Source of the DNA: an uncultured virus (IMG/VR IMGVR_UViG_3300048780_000186)
Taxonomy: Duplodnaviria; Heunggongvirae; Uroviricota; Caudoviricetes
DNA length: 20,000 bases
Reading direction: 5' to 3' (one strand)
Virus record (IMG/VR): IMGVR_UViG_3300048780_000186
Below, piece by piece: positions 9,388 to 17,559 of the stretch (its first letter is position 1; each line of letters begins with the position of its first letter). The translations under genes were made by a program, and so were the position numbers. The notes beneath the pieces were generated by a model that made no database searches, was not told the DNA's origin, and worked only from the letters and a program-made list of their open reading frames with translations.

Positions 9388-9405
9388 TCCAGGCACACTC
9401 ACCTT

Positions 9406-9418
9406 ACTAACAGTTGGT
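9406..9418. promoter_or_regulatory. Palindromic box ACTAACAGTTGGT (copy 2)
   Basis: Identical to 5149-5161; abuts the GGAG SD of the zinc-ribbon gene. Confidence 0.55.
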
Positions 9419-9428
9419 TGGAGACTCC

Positions 9429-9629
9429 ATGCCGCAGATCGTGATCACCCATGGGCAAGCGTATGTCAAGGGCGACGGTCTGCGGTGCATGGCAAAACGC
9501 TCCGATGGCACAGGCCGCGTCTGCGACAAGCTTGTGGTCAAGAAGAACCCAGCAGGTGAGATCGCCGGGGCATTCCAATGCCCCGATCGCCGGTGTCGCC
9601 AGCATATCCAAGTCGAGACCAAACGATAA
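9429..9629 (+). CDS. Small zinc-ribbon protein, Mu Com-like (66 aa)
   Basis: GGAGA SD then ATG 9429. LRC-x11-CDKLVVK...FQCPDRRC has four Cys in a pattern resembling the Com-family RC..C.KLL...IKCPRC. Confidence 0.6.
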   Translation: MPQIVITHGQAYVKGDGLRCMAKRSDGTGRVCDKLVVKKNPAGEIAGAFQCPDRRCRQHIQVETKR

Positions 9630-9706
9630 CTGCGGTCTCTGACGCACACCTTTACAATCCGCCGGCCCACGTTGGACCAAACCGCCCTGAGGAGGGTATT
9701 TTTCAC

Positions 9707-11032
9707 ATGTCAAAGACCAAGGTCACTCCCGAACAATTCAAGGCAGAACTTGAACTGCAGGATCGGTTTGCGACAATCTTCCGCACGAACGGGTGGGACC
9801 CGGTCGCCGATAAGAATGTCGACATCAACGATGCCCTGGACATCCAGAACGCTGCCTTCATGATTCCGAAGGCGATGACGACCATCGTGCAGGAAGGGAT
9901 CGAGCCGATGTTGATCGGCACCCACCTGCTTCAGAAGATCCAGTACAAGCCCGGCATGATGACCGTATTCCCGGCCGTCGAGCCTCTGCGTGCAGAGGAA
10001 ACCGGCGACGGTATGGATCTGCCGATCTACAACATCAACATTGGTGGTGCGCAGTCCTTCGGGGTGACCGTCAAGCGTCACGGCCTTCGCCTGAAGATCG
10101 CCAAGCGGTTCGTCGAGGAATCGGCCTATCCCTGGATCAACTTCTGGCTGCGTCTGGCCGGCAATGCTCTCGCGCGTCACAAGGAAGAGTACATCTTCGA
10201 CTTCATCACGAAGCTCGGCACGTTGGTCTTCGACAACGACCCGACCTCCCGCCTGTCCAGCTCCCCGCTGCAGCCGATCAAGGGTGTCACGACCGGCCGT
10301 AACTACAAGGGCGTGCTGAACGGCTCCATGACAGTGGACGACGTGTTCGACATGTACGCGGCTGTGTTGCTCAACGGCTTCGTGCCCGACACGCTCCTGG
10401 TCCACCCGATGGCGTGGCTGATGTGGGTCAAGGATCCTGTCCTCCGTGAGTTTGCCATCCAGGCAGGCGGCGGCAGCTTCTTCGCCAACTTCACCGGCAA
10501 CCTCGCTGTGCTTGGCAACAAGTTCTACAACAACGGCGGACTCGGCATCGGCCAAGGCCAGACCGGGCAGTACACCAACGGTCACCTCACCGGCGGCGAA
10601 GTGTCGCAGGCGACTTCTGGCAACTACCAGAACATGACGTCGGCCCCGATCCTGCCGAACTACCTCGGCATTCCTTTCCGGATCCTGGTCAGCCCGTTCG
10701 TGAACTTCGATCCCGAGCAGCGCACGACCGACATCATGATGTTCAACAGCCGCAACCTCGGTGCCCTGATTGTGGCTGAAGAGCCTCATGTCAAGAGCTG
10801 GGAAGACGGCCAGTACAACATCCAGAACATGTCGATCGAAGAGACCTACGGCTTCGGCATCCTCAACGAGGGTCAGGCCATCGCGGTCGCCCGCAACGTG
10901 AAGATCCGCCCGAACGAGTTCGTGATGCCCGCCCGCACCGTGTACAACCTGTCGGATTCGGACAGCACCTACACCGATCTGGGCACGGCGCCGATCTTCG
11001 ATCCGGCCAACCCGCTCAACGTCAACGCCTAA
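9707..11032 (+). CDS. Major capsid protein, HK97-like fold (441 aa)
   Basis: SD GAGGAGG then ATG 9707 (MSKTKV...). MCP-like segments FMIPKAMTTIV, VKRHGLRLKIAKRFVEES, AGNALARHKEEYIF, PDTLLVHPMAW, ETYGFGILN. Strong codon bias; followed by a hairpin. Confidence 0.85.
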   Translation: MSKTKVTPEQFKAELELQDRFATIFRTNGWDPVADKNVDINDALDIQNAAFMIPKAMTTIVQEGIEPMLIGTHLLQKIQYKPGMMTVFPAVEPLRAEETGDGMDLPIYNINIGGAQSFGVTVKRHGLRLKIAKRFVEESAYPWINFWLRLAGNALARHKEEYIFDFITKLGTLVFDNDPTSRLSSSPLQPIKGVTTGRNYKGVLNGSMTVDDVFDMYAAVLLNGFVPDTLLVHPMAWLMWVKDPVLREFAIQAGGGSFFANFTGNLAVLGNKFYNNGGLGIGQGQTGQYTNGHLTGGEVSQATSGNYQNMTSAPILPNYLGIPFRILVSPFVNFDPEQRTTDIMMFNSRNLGALIVAEEPHVKSWEDGQYNIQNMSIEETYGFGILNEGQAIAVARNVKIRPNEFVMPARTVYNLSDSDSTYTDLGTAPIFDPANPLNVNA

Positions 11033-11044
11033 CCAACAGTCAGT
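11032..11044. promoter_or_regulatory. Palindromic box variant ACCAACAGTCAGT (copy 3, one mismatch to consensus)
   Basis: Begins at the last base of the MCP stop codon; extends to AACCAACAGTCAGTT. Confidence 0.4.
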
Positions 11045-11058
11045 TCTGTGCAACCATC

Positions 11059-11087
11059 GGGCGGCGGGCAACCGCCGCCCTTCGTGT
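11059..11087 (+). terminator. GC-rich hairpin after MCP (probable terminator or mRNA stabiliser)
   Basis: GGGCGGCGG-GCAA-CCGCCGCCC: 9-bp perfect stem with a GNRA loop; weak U tract (TTCGTGT). Confidence 0.6.
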
Positions 11088-11182
11088 AGTGACCTGCAAC
11101 CGTTTCTCAGCGAGGCCCGATGTATACGAAATTCAATCGGCCTAGACACAAACACCCACCCTATGTAACCAAGGAGGTTTTC

Positions 11183-11419
11183 ATGGCAGCAATCGACGAT
11201 CTTAACACAGCGGTCGCGGCGCTTCAGGCCGAGGATGTGCTGGTGCTGGCCGGACTTGCCAGTCTTCAAGCACAGGTCACCACGCTCAACACAACCATCG
11301 CCAACTCGCCGAACGTGGACCCCGCGATTGAGACCGCCGCGCAGGCGGTGCAGGCCGAGGTGACCAAGTTCCAGGCCGCGCTTGCACCCGCAGCTCCCGC
11401 CGTTCCCGCGGCCAGCTAA
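11183..11419 (+). CDS. Small Ala-rich helical/coiled-coil protein (78 aa)
   Basis: Perfect SD AAGGAGGT before ATG 11183 (MAAIDDLNTAVAAL...). Confidence 0.8.
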   Translation: MAAIDDLNTAVAALQAEDVLVLAGLASLQAQVTTLNTTIANSPNVDPAIETAAQAVQAEVTKFQAALAPAAPAVPAAS

Positions 11420-11430
11420 CCAAATCATGT

Positions 11431-11459
11431 CCAGGCGGAGGCCTTAAACTTCCGCCTGG
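11431..11459 (+). terminator. Intergenic hairpin (terminator or stabiliser)
   Basis: CCAGGCGGAGG-CCTTAAA-CTTCCGCCTGG, 11-bp stem with one G-U pair; no U tract. Confidence 0.45.
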
Positions 11460-11517
11460 CCAACCCTGAGTCTTTGGTAGATCTCCGCCTTTATCGACAC
11501 TCGGAAGTGGAGATCCT

Positions 11518-12138
11518 ATGTCCAGTCTGATCGTGATGCCCGGCAGCGAAGAGTTCAAGAAAACGCTGGCCTCGATAGCAAAGGCGCCGAGCCGCCGGAA
11601 GCTTGTACAACCTGTCGACCTCGTAGGTCACACCTTGATGCTGAACACCGCCCTGGTGAAGACCTTCCAGTGTGGCGGCTTCGTCCTGGGCCCGAACCGG
11701 CCCATCGGTATTGTGGACGAACAGTCTCAGCAGATTCCGATCCGCAAGGCATTGGAAGAGAAGAAGCTGATTGACGTCACCGGCAAGGACATGGCCACCA
11801 AAGGGTTCAAGGGAACCGGTGGCCAGACCTCGGCAATCACCGAAGAAGACACCGGCAAGAAGGTATTCGTCGGCCGCGATCGCCGCGGCAACCTCTACAT
11901 CGCAACTCCCAGATCCAAGACTGAAGCCAAGCGGTTCGAGCGCGAAATCCGGACGACTGGCACGCTCAAGAGCGTTGACTTCGAGACCGAGACCACAGGT
12001 CTCTGCGCCATTACCGAAGAGGTAGTGGAGTCCAGCGAACAGCCTGTCAAGAAGCCCGCGAAGAAGTCTGCGAAGAAGGCCAAGAAGAATGTCCGCACCC
12101 GTCGTACTTCAGGCAACGCCGTCCGATCAAGAAACTGA
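11518..12138 (+). CDS. Hypothetical protein (206 aa) with a Lys-rich C-terminal tail
   Basis: GGAG SD; KKPAKKSAKKAKK tail; overlaps the next gene by 50 nt. Confidence 0.75.
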   Translation: MSSLIVMPGSEEFKKTLASIAKAPSRRKLVQPVDLVGHTLMLNTALVKTFQCGGFVLGPNRPIGIVDEQSQQIPIRKALEEKKLIDVTGKDMATKGFKGTGGQTSAITEEDTGKKVFVGRDRRGNLYIATPRSKTEAKRFEREIRTTGTLKSVDFETETTGLCAITEEVVESSEQPVKKPAKKSAKKAKKNVRTRRTSGNAVRSRN

Positions 12139-12793
12139 TGTGGTTCTTGGCCAGGCGATCATCGTCGCTTTCGACCAGGCGCTCGACACCTCGACGCTGA
12201 ACGATAGCACGTTCTCGTTGACGTTCCCCGCTCCAACTCAAGTTCTCACATCGGGCCAGCTCGTTGCTGGCGAGGCCGCTCCTTCAACATTCAATGTTGA
12301 AGGAGCCTGGTCGTTCGCAGATGACTCAACAGGTCGCACGATTGCGACCTTCACACCCACAAGACACTTCCAGGAGAACACGCTCTACACGGCGATGCTG
12401 CTGGGCGCTGATGCGTCCCTTTCGACCGAAGACGTGATGAACCCCGCCGGCGAATCGATGAATGTCAGCTACCAGTGGACATTCACCACCGGCATTTTGA
12501 ACCTGCTGACACCTCCACCTGTTTCTCCTCTTCTGGATGCATTTCCAGCCCTTCAGCTCGATCAGATCAAGGTCATTCCAAGACGGCGGATTGGCCAGGA
12601 TTTGAGTCAGTCGTTCGACATTCTGTTTCCAGATGACATCGATCCGACCTCATTTTCGGTCGAGGACCTTTACATGAGCATCGAGCCTCTCCTCGGGGAT
12701 CCTACTGTATCTGTGCCGCAAGCTCTGCAGTATGCAGCCGTCATCACCGGTAACAAAATCCAGATCACGGTCACAGGTTGGCCGTCAAGTTAG
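12089..12793 (+). CDS. Ig-like domain protein (Big_5/SbsA-like), probably on the virion surface
   Basis: PVVLQATPSDQETDV...IIVAFDQALDTSTLNDSTFSL...ATFTPT...NTLYT...YQWTFTT matches the bacterial Ig-like pattern. Confidence 0.7.
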   Translation: MSAPVVLQATPSDQETDVVLGQAIIVAFDQALDTSTLNDSTFSLTFPAPTQVLTSGQLVAGEAAPSTFNVEGAWSFADDSTGRTIATFTPTRHFQENTLYTAMLLGADASLSTEDVMNPAGESMNVSYQWTFTTGILNLLTPPPVSPLLDAFPALQLDQIKVIPRRRIGQDLSQSFDILFPDDIDPTSFSVEDLYMSIEPLLGDPTVSVPQALQYAAVITGNKIQITVTGWPSS

Positions 12794-12801
12794 GAAATGA
12801 C

Positions 12802-13254
12802 ATGTCACAACTTACACCGCACTTCGCAGACACTGAACCCGGACTGACTGTCCTGGCAGGTGCTGATTCCCACGTCATCGAGAATGTGACATTCCTCTGC
12901 GAGGAGGTTCTCGAACCCATCCATGACAAGTTCGGAGCTGTCCGCGTTCATGACAGCTACCGCGATCCTGGCCACAACGCCCAGGTCGGCGGCAAGACAG
13001 CTTCCTTCCACCTTTGCATCGGCGGCCACGCCGCCGTCGATGTCGATGCGCCCGCAGTCTCGATGCAGGGTCTCTTCGACTGGCTGCGTCTCGAAAGCAA
13101 GCTTCCCTTCGACAAGGTCATCCTCGAGAAGAACAAGGCTGAAGTTCCGGCCTGCGTTCACATTCAGATCGACCGCCTCAATCCACCCAGGCGCCAGGCA
13201 TTCATCGGCCACACCGGCGCCGCAACCGTGTACACCCCAGTGGAAGTCAAGTAG
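12802..13254 (+). CDS. Peptidase M15 family zinc peptidase, probable endolysin (150 aa)
   Basis: LTPHF, LCEEVLEPI, SYR...N..VGG...SFH...AVD, ACVHI motifs of Peptidase_M15_3; AGGA SD before ATG 12802. Confidence 0.85.
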   Translation: MSQLTPHFADTEPGLTVLAGADSHVIENVTFLCEEVLEPIHDKFGAVRVHDSYRDPGHNAQVGGKTASFHLCIGGHAAVDVDAPAVSMQGLFDWLRLESKLPFDKVILEKNKAEVPACVHIQIDRLNPPRRQAFIGHTGAATVYTPVEVK

Positions 13255-13263
13255 GAGACCTTC

Positions 13264-13497
13264 ATGGCATACAGGATCGATCTGACAACCCGGAACGCTT
13301 CCATTGCGATCGTTCTCGGTTTGGACGTTCTCTTCTTCGCCGCCGCGATCGGTGCTTCCGTTCAACCTGCATTTGCAGACTTGAGCACGAAGCTCTGGGG
13401 CCTGTTTGCAGGCACCAACGGCGCGCTGATGCTCGCTCTGAACGCGAGCGGCGGCAACACCCCAACACCCCCAACACCAGCAGTGGCAGGCGCGTAA
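13264..13497 (+). CDS. Holin-like membrane protein (77 aa)
   Basis: Two hydrophobic segments; AGGAGA SD; directly after the endolysin. Confidence 0.55.
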   Translation: MAYRIDLTTRNASIAIVLGLDVLFFAAAIGASVQPAFADLSTKLWGLFAGTNGALMLALNASGGNTPTPPTPAVAGA

Positions 13498-14351
13498 TGA
13501 GACGCTTTCATCCTCGCTTTCAAGAACGAGCACTGAGATCCCGCCGGAAGTTCAAGCTTCCGGCGTGGTTCCTGCCTTTTGTGAAGGTTGCCGTCTTCGC
13601 GGTTCCGTTTGCGTTCCTTTGTGTTTGTCTCGGCCTGGCCGGCATCGAAGCTCGCAGGGCAACCGTTGGCCTGGAAGCCACTGACGAGGCGGCCAAGAAC
13701 TTCATCGTTGACACCCAACAGCAGGTACATGTTGTGGGCAACAACACTAACCACCTCATTGTTGAGGCAGGTCTCACCGCGAAGGAAGCGCGCCTGGCCG
13801 CTACTTCCCAGCGCCAGTTCTGGGATAACGAAGTTCCTGTCCTGGCGGCCCGCGCGAACGGAACCTTTGACCGCACCGACGCGCTGCTTGCCTCCTTCCG
13901 CAAGACCTCAGACGGTCTCGATGCCGATCTGACCACCATTACGAACGACATTACTGACACGACGACCACGCTCAAACCAGCTCTGGTCGCCACCGCCGCC
14001 GCCGCCACATCCGCATCGATCATGGCCCAACAGGCCAGCAAGGATCTTGCCGATCCAAACATTCCGGCAACTCTGAAGAACATCAATGACGGTACTCATC
14101 AAATTGCTCTCACAGCTGGTTCCGTTGCTCACACTGCTGACAATCTGGATCGCAAGGTCGACAAGATGCTTCACCCAGGATTCTGGGGAGCCGTCAAGGC
14201 CTACACCGTGTTCGGGGCCCAGCTCGCCACCGACGCAATCGAGATGCACTACTACCTGTCCTCAGTCGCCCCAGGTGCAACCGTCCAGACCGTCAAAGCA
14301 GCTGTCACGCACATCGCCAAACCCCTCACTCACCGGCCAGCAGCCAAGTAG
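13497..14351 (+). CDS. Membrane-anchored helical protein, i-spanin-like (284 aa)
   Basis: Basic N-terminus, one TM segment (VAVFAVPFAFLCVCLGLAGI), long Ala/Thr-rich helical region; TAATG-coupled to the holin-like gene. Confidence 0.5.
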   Translation: MRRFHPRFQERALRSRRKFKLPAWFLPFVKVAVFAVPFAFLCVCLGLAGIEARRATVGLEATDEAAKNFIVDTQQQVHVVGNNTNHLIVEAGLTAKEARLAATSQRQFWDNEVPVLAARANGTFDRTDALLASFRKTSDGLDADLTTITNDITDTTTTLKPALVATAAAATSASIMAQQASKDLADPNIPATLKNINDGTHQIALTAGSVAHTADNLDRKVDKMLHPGFWGAVKAYTVFGAQLATDAIEMHYYLSSVAPGATVQTVKAAVTHIAKPLTHRPAAK

Positions 14352-14403
14352 CTTTGGTAGTTCGGACCAACGCGCCACACTCACGATAGGAGATACACCC
14401 GTT

Positions 14404-14748
14404 ATGAGCATTTCATTCAAGTCCCTCGGACACGCCTTCGCCACTGCCTTCAAATGGGTGGCCAACAATGCGCCCGCCGACATTGCCAAGATCGAAGCCA
14501 CCAAGACCGTTGTGGATGAGGTTCTTCCCGAAGTCCCGACATACGGTGGGGTTGCAACCTCTCTGGCCGATCTCGGCTATGCCGCGTTGGGCGAGATTGC
14601 TTCGGTCATCACCACAGGCACTGCTGCCCAGAAGCAGTCGCTCTCGGACGCAGGTCTGGACAACAGTGTGATCACCGCCATTGAAGCAGCCGTGAAGGGC
14701 TTCGGATCGATCGGCGGTTTCATCGCATCCCTCGTGTCCAAGAAGTAA
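14404..14748 (+). CDS. Hypothetical protein with amphipathic termini (114 aa)
   Basis: AGGAGA SD before ATG 14404 (MSISFKSLGHAF...); followed by a terminator. Confidence 0.75.
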   Translation: MSISFKSLGHAFATAFKWVANNAPADIAKIEATKTVVDEVLPEVPTYGGVATSLADLGYAALGEIASVITTGTAAQKQSLSDAGLDNSVITAIEAAVKGFGSIGGFIASLVSKK

Positions 14749-14755
14749 CGACCGG

Positions 14756-14768
14756 CCTAACAGTTAGG
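14756..14768. promoter_or_regulatory. Palindromic box CCTAACAGTTAGG (copy 4, perfect)
   Basis: Perfect 6-1-6 palindrome, intergenic. Confidence 0.55.
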
Positions 14769-14799
14769 TAGATCGCGTGTAGTGATCTTCAACAAGCAG

Positions 14800-14827
14800 G
14801 AGGGCGGCTAATCCCGCCCTCTTGTTT
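14800..14827 (+). terminator. Rho-independent terminator closing the lysis-like cassette
   Basis: GAGGGCGG-CTAATC-CCGCCCTC followed by TTGTTT. Confidence 0.7.
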
Positions 14828-14847
14828 CATGTCCAGCCGGAGCCTTC

Positions 14848-15495
14848 GTGATCTATCCAGGTGATACGCACCAAATCGTATTCTCCCTTTCGCACGCAAA
14901 CGGCACTACTCCTTCCGTGACCACGGCACCCCTCGTCACGGTGATCAACCTGACAACAGGTGCGGCTGTTGTGACCGCCGCGGCGATGACTCTGGTTGCC
15001 GGAACCTGCCTGGTCTACTCCTATGCGTGGAATACGGCCGGTATGCTGAATGGTGACTACCTGGCAGTTGTTTCCTACGCCGCCGACGGCAACACCGTCA
15101 ATGGCCAGTACCTTGATCAGATCAGGCTGGGCGACACCAACATCCCCGGGCCGGTAGCCCTCAACGCTACCGTGGCGCTCAATGCCACCGTGGCCAAGGA
15201 TGCGACCGTAGCTCATCTCACGGATCTGGCGACGATCAATCCCAACACCTCGTCTGTCATTCTTGCCATCCAGGCCAAGACGGCCAACTTGCCGGCGATC
15301 CCCGCTGCCCAGTCCGACGTCACCGCGCTGGTTTCGTTTCTCACCGACATCCATGACACTGTTTTGGGAACCTGGATTGTCGACAAGACCCAGAATCCGA
15401 AAGTCCTGTCGTTTCTGCGTCTTAACGGAAGCACTCTTGCCACCTTCACGGTGACTGAGGACGACAATTCCGCGGCGCGCACGGTCAGCGCATAA
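14848..15495 (+). CDS. Putative virion structural protein (215 aa), beta-rich N-terminus
   Basis: GGAG SD with GTG start; contains a short ALNATV-ALNATV-AKDATV repeat at 15157-15210. Confidence 0.7.
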   Translation: MIYPGDTHQIVFSLSHANGTTPSVTTAPLVTVINLTTGAAVVTAAAMTLVAGTCLVYSYAWNTAGMLNGDYLAVVSYAADGNTVNGQYLDQIRLGDTNIPGPVALNATVALNATVAKDATVAHLTDLATINPNTSSVILAIQAKTANLPAIPAAQSDVTALVSFLTDIHDTVLGTWIVDKTQNPKVLSFLRLNGSTLATFTVTEDDNSAARTVSA

Positions 15496-15505
15496 AGAAG
15501 CCATC

Positions 15506-15520
15506 TTCCTATACTAGACA
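15506..15520 (+). promoter_or_regulatory. TTCCTATACTAGACA copy 2, candidate late promoter
   Basis: Intergenic, 51 nt upstream of ATG 15572. Confidence 0.65.
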
Positions 15521-15571
15521 CGACTGAGGGAGCGGTGTGCTCCCTCCATCCTCCCTCTAGGACGTCCACCC

Positions 15572-15889
15572 ATGGCCCTTTCTCAAGCAGCTGAAACCGA
15601 GCTTTTGACCAAAGTTCGAGAGATTCACGCAGTCTTCATTGGTATCGAAGGCCAGCCCGGCAGGTTTCAGGACCTGACAGCGACAGTACATGCACAAGGC
15701 AAGCGGCTTCGCGTGACCGAACGGTTTCAGTGGGTCTTGACCGGAGGTGGAATCGTTCTGGGTTTCATCGCCTATCACTTCGAACACCTTCTGAATGCGG
15801 TGCTGGAGATCAAGAAACTGGTCCCTGCGGTTCCCGCGGGTCAGGTCACGACAGGGTTCCTGCGTATTCCGGAGTTCTGGAGACTGTAA
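15572..15889 (+). CDS. Small single-TM membrane protein (105 aa)
   Basis: Helical N-terminus then hydrophobic WVLTGGGIVLGFIAY; AGGA SD. Confidence 0.7.
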   Translation: MALSQAAETELLTKVREIHAVFIGIEGQPGRFQDLTATVHAQGKRLRVTERFQWVLTGGGIVLGFIAYHFEHLLNAVLEIKKLVPAVPAGQVTTGFLRIPEFWRL

Positions 15890-16194
15890 TGAGCAGTGTT
15901 GGTAGCCCGCTTTCCTATACCGTTCCTGTCAGCCAGGATTACGGCGCGAGCGGGGCGCTCAGGCCCTCCTATCCCAACCTTCCAAGCTTCGTCCTCTACG
16001 CATTCCTCAGCTCAGACTGGTGTGTTGGCAACACCGACCCGGCCTATGCTCGAGGAGCCTACCAGCTGGATTCGACCGGAAACTGGCTTCTCAACCTGTT
16101 GCCGAATACCTACAATCTCGTGCTCATGAACGGGACCGGAACTGTGATTGTCTTCCAGTTCAACCTGGTGATCACGCTGCCTGCGAGCTCCTAA
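15889..16194 (+). CDS. Hypothetical protein (101 aa, beta-rich)
   Basis: TAATG-coupled start at 15889 (MSSVGSPLSY...). Confidence 0.7.
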   Translation: MSSVGSPLSYTVPVSQDYGASGALRPSYPNLPSFVLYAFLSSDWCVGNTDPAYARGAYQLDSTGNWLLNLLPNTYNLVLMNGTGTVIVFQFNLVITLPASS

Positions 16195-16196
16195 TC

Positions 16197-16928
16197 ATGC
16201 AGAATCTGATCTTCCACATCTCGTTGCCCAAGGGCATCAAGCTGGTGAATGGCGCGACCTTGATGAAGGACGTGACCTTCGACTTCATCAGCCAGATCAC
16301 CCCGTACTACTCGACCATCGATATGGTCCGCCTGGCTGCCGGCCCGACCCTCAAGAAGCTCTCCGACATCACCATCGCCTGCCAGATCTACCGGTCCAGT
16401 AATGAAGCGGACCTGATCACTGCGGCGCGCGTCCCGCTTTCCGGGCTGCAGCACACTCGCCTGATAGGCAGCCGCTTGCAGTACGTGACGGCCCTGGCAT
16501 CCCGCGATCTGATGTTGAACGTTGTCTCGCTGCTGGGCCCCGGCGCTCATGTGCTGGCAAACTTCTCCGTCGATCGCAAGGCGGACAATAAGCAGCGTCT
16601 GGCTGAGTTTGAGGATTCTCTCAAACTCTACGATGTGGTTCTCCGCAGCGGCGGCCGGGTGATGCCCGGCGGCCGCCCAGACTTCCACTTCGCTGCAAAA
16701 GGTGTTCTTGACTGGGCGGAGCGCACACCGGCGCGCACCTGGTTCGCCAACGGCATGGGAGCCAATGCCAGTTCGATGGACCCCGGATCGCCGACAGGCG
16801 GCCGTGGCAAGCCCATCAAGTTCTTTGCATCCCCGACGTGCTCCCCGCCAATGTCCTCCATGCGCATTGGTGTCTACCAGCCGGGCTTCCCCGTCTCCCA
16901 GTTCTATCCGTACGCGATGGGACAGTAA
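16197..16928 (+). CDS. Putative head-tail adaptor/neck protein (243 aa)
   Basis: ATG follows the previous stop after 2 nt; PYYSTIDMVRL...LSD helical segment resembles adaptor proteins; synteny. Confidence 0.5.
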   Translation: MQNLIFHISLPKGIKLVNGATLMKDVTFDFISQITPYYSTIDMVRLAAGPTLKKLSDITIACQIYRSSNEADLITAARVPLSGLQHTRLIGSRLQYVTALASRDLMLNVVSLLGPGAHVLANFSVDRKADNKQRLAEFEDSLKLYDVVLRSGGRVMPGGRPDFHFAAKGVLDWAERTPARTWFANGMGANASSMDPGSPTGGRGKPIKFFASPTCSPPMSSMRIGVYQPGFPVSQFYPYAMGQ

Positions 16929-16946
16929 GAGGACTGGAGTTGAACT

Positions 16947-17531
16947 GTGGACTTCTACCGGGACATCTCGGCGACCATCGACCTGCGCGAGGAGCTGCAC
17001 TCCGTCATTCATGGCAGTGAAGAGATCGTCGGCCAGGGCCGCACTGTCATATTGCGCCGGATGACCAACACAACCTGCCCCGGCTGCTGGGACCCAAAGA
17101 CAGGCGGAAGCGTCCGGCCCAACTGTCGGTATTGCCAAGGCGAAGGCTGGCAGTTCTATGAGACCCAGGAGATCATGGCGCTCTACCGCGGCGTGGCTCC
17201 CGTCTACAAGCCTGGAGTCTTGGCCACTGGTGAGTATCCCCAGAATGCCATGGGCTACACCGATCAGAACCGATGCACTGCCTATGTGGAAGTCTTTCGG
17301 GATGACGGCAGCCAAGTCTATCCCGACTACGAAAGGTACACCCTCCAGACTGCCAAGGCCTACGACAAACTCTACGAAACGAAGGTCGATCCGGAAGGCA
17401 ACTCCATCACCGATTCCAGCGGGCGTTTTACCCGGACGGTCAAATGGAAGGTCCTCTCGGTAGTGCCCACCTTCGGAGATAACGGACGTGTCGAGTTTTG
17501 GGAGCTTGGATTGGAAAAAGAAAACGTTTAG
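16947..17531 (+). CDS. Putative head-completion/neck protein with a CxxC...CxxC motif (194 aa)
   Basis: GGAG SD with GTG start; LRRM...CPGCWD...PNCRYCQGEGW and C-terminal GDNGRVEFW resemble large-phage neck proteins. Confidence 0.55.
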   Translation: MDFYRDISATIDLREELHSVIHGSEEIVGQGRTVILRRMTNTTCPGCWDPKTGGSVRPNCRYCQGEGWQFYETQEIMALYRGVAPVYKPGVLATGEYPQNAMGYTDQNRCTAYVEVFRDDGSQVYPDYERYTLQTAKAYDKLYETKVDPEGNSITDSSGRFTRTVKWKVLSVVPTFGDNGRVEFWELGLEKENV

Positions 17532-17544
17532 AATCAACGTGATA

Positions 17545-17553
17545 TGATATAAT
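17545..17553 (+). promoter_or_regulatory. Extended -10 promoter TGaTATAAT for the HNH gene
   Basis: Consensus TGnTATAAT in an AT-rich spacer, 6 nt before ATG 17560. Confidence 0.6.
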
Positions 17554-17559
17554 AAGACG

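Noticed and set aside
6910..9402. 830-aa minus-strand ORF (likewise 2744-4447, 9710-11428, 16191-17609)
   Set aside because: Antisense shadows of strongly biased GC-rich + strand genes; no recognisable motifs and atypical composition.
13252..13266. Possible amber readthrough or recoding fusing endolysin and holin (in frame across TAG)
   Set aside because: The holin has its own AGGAGA SD. The other TAG-ending genes are followed by out-of-frame genes, and long genes are intact under the standard code.
13659..13669. GCAACCGTTGG, a near match to the palindromic box (also CCAACTGTCGG near 17119)
   Set aside because: One mismatch, inside coding sequence, and the flanking bases are not complementary; compatible with chance.
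13588..13932. Nested ORF as an o-spanin
   Set aside because: No lipobox cysteine or signal peptide in the translation.
15912..15920. Partial match TTCCTATAC to the candidate promoter
   Set aside because: Only 9 of 15 bases, lacks TAGACA, and lies inside a CDS.
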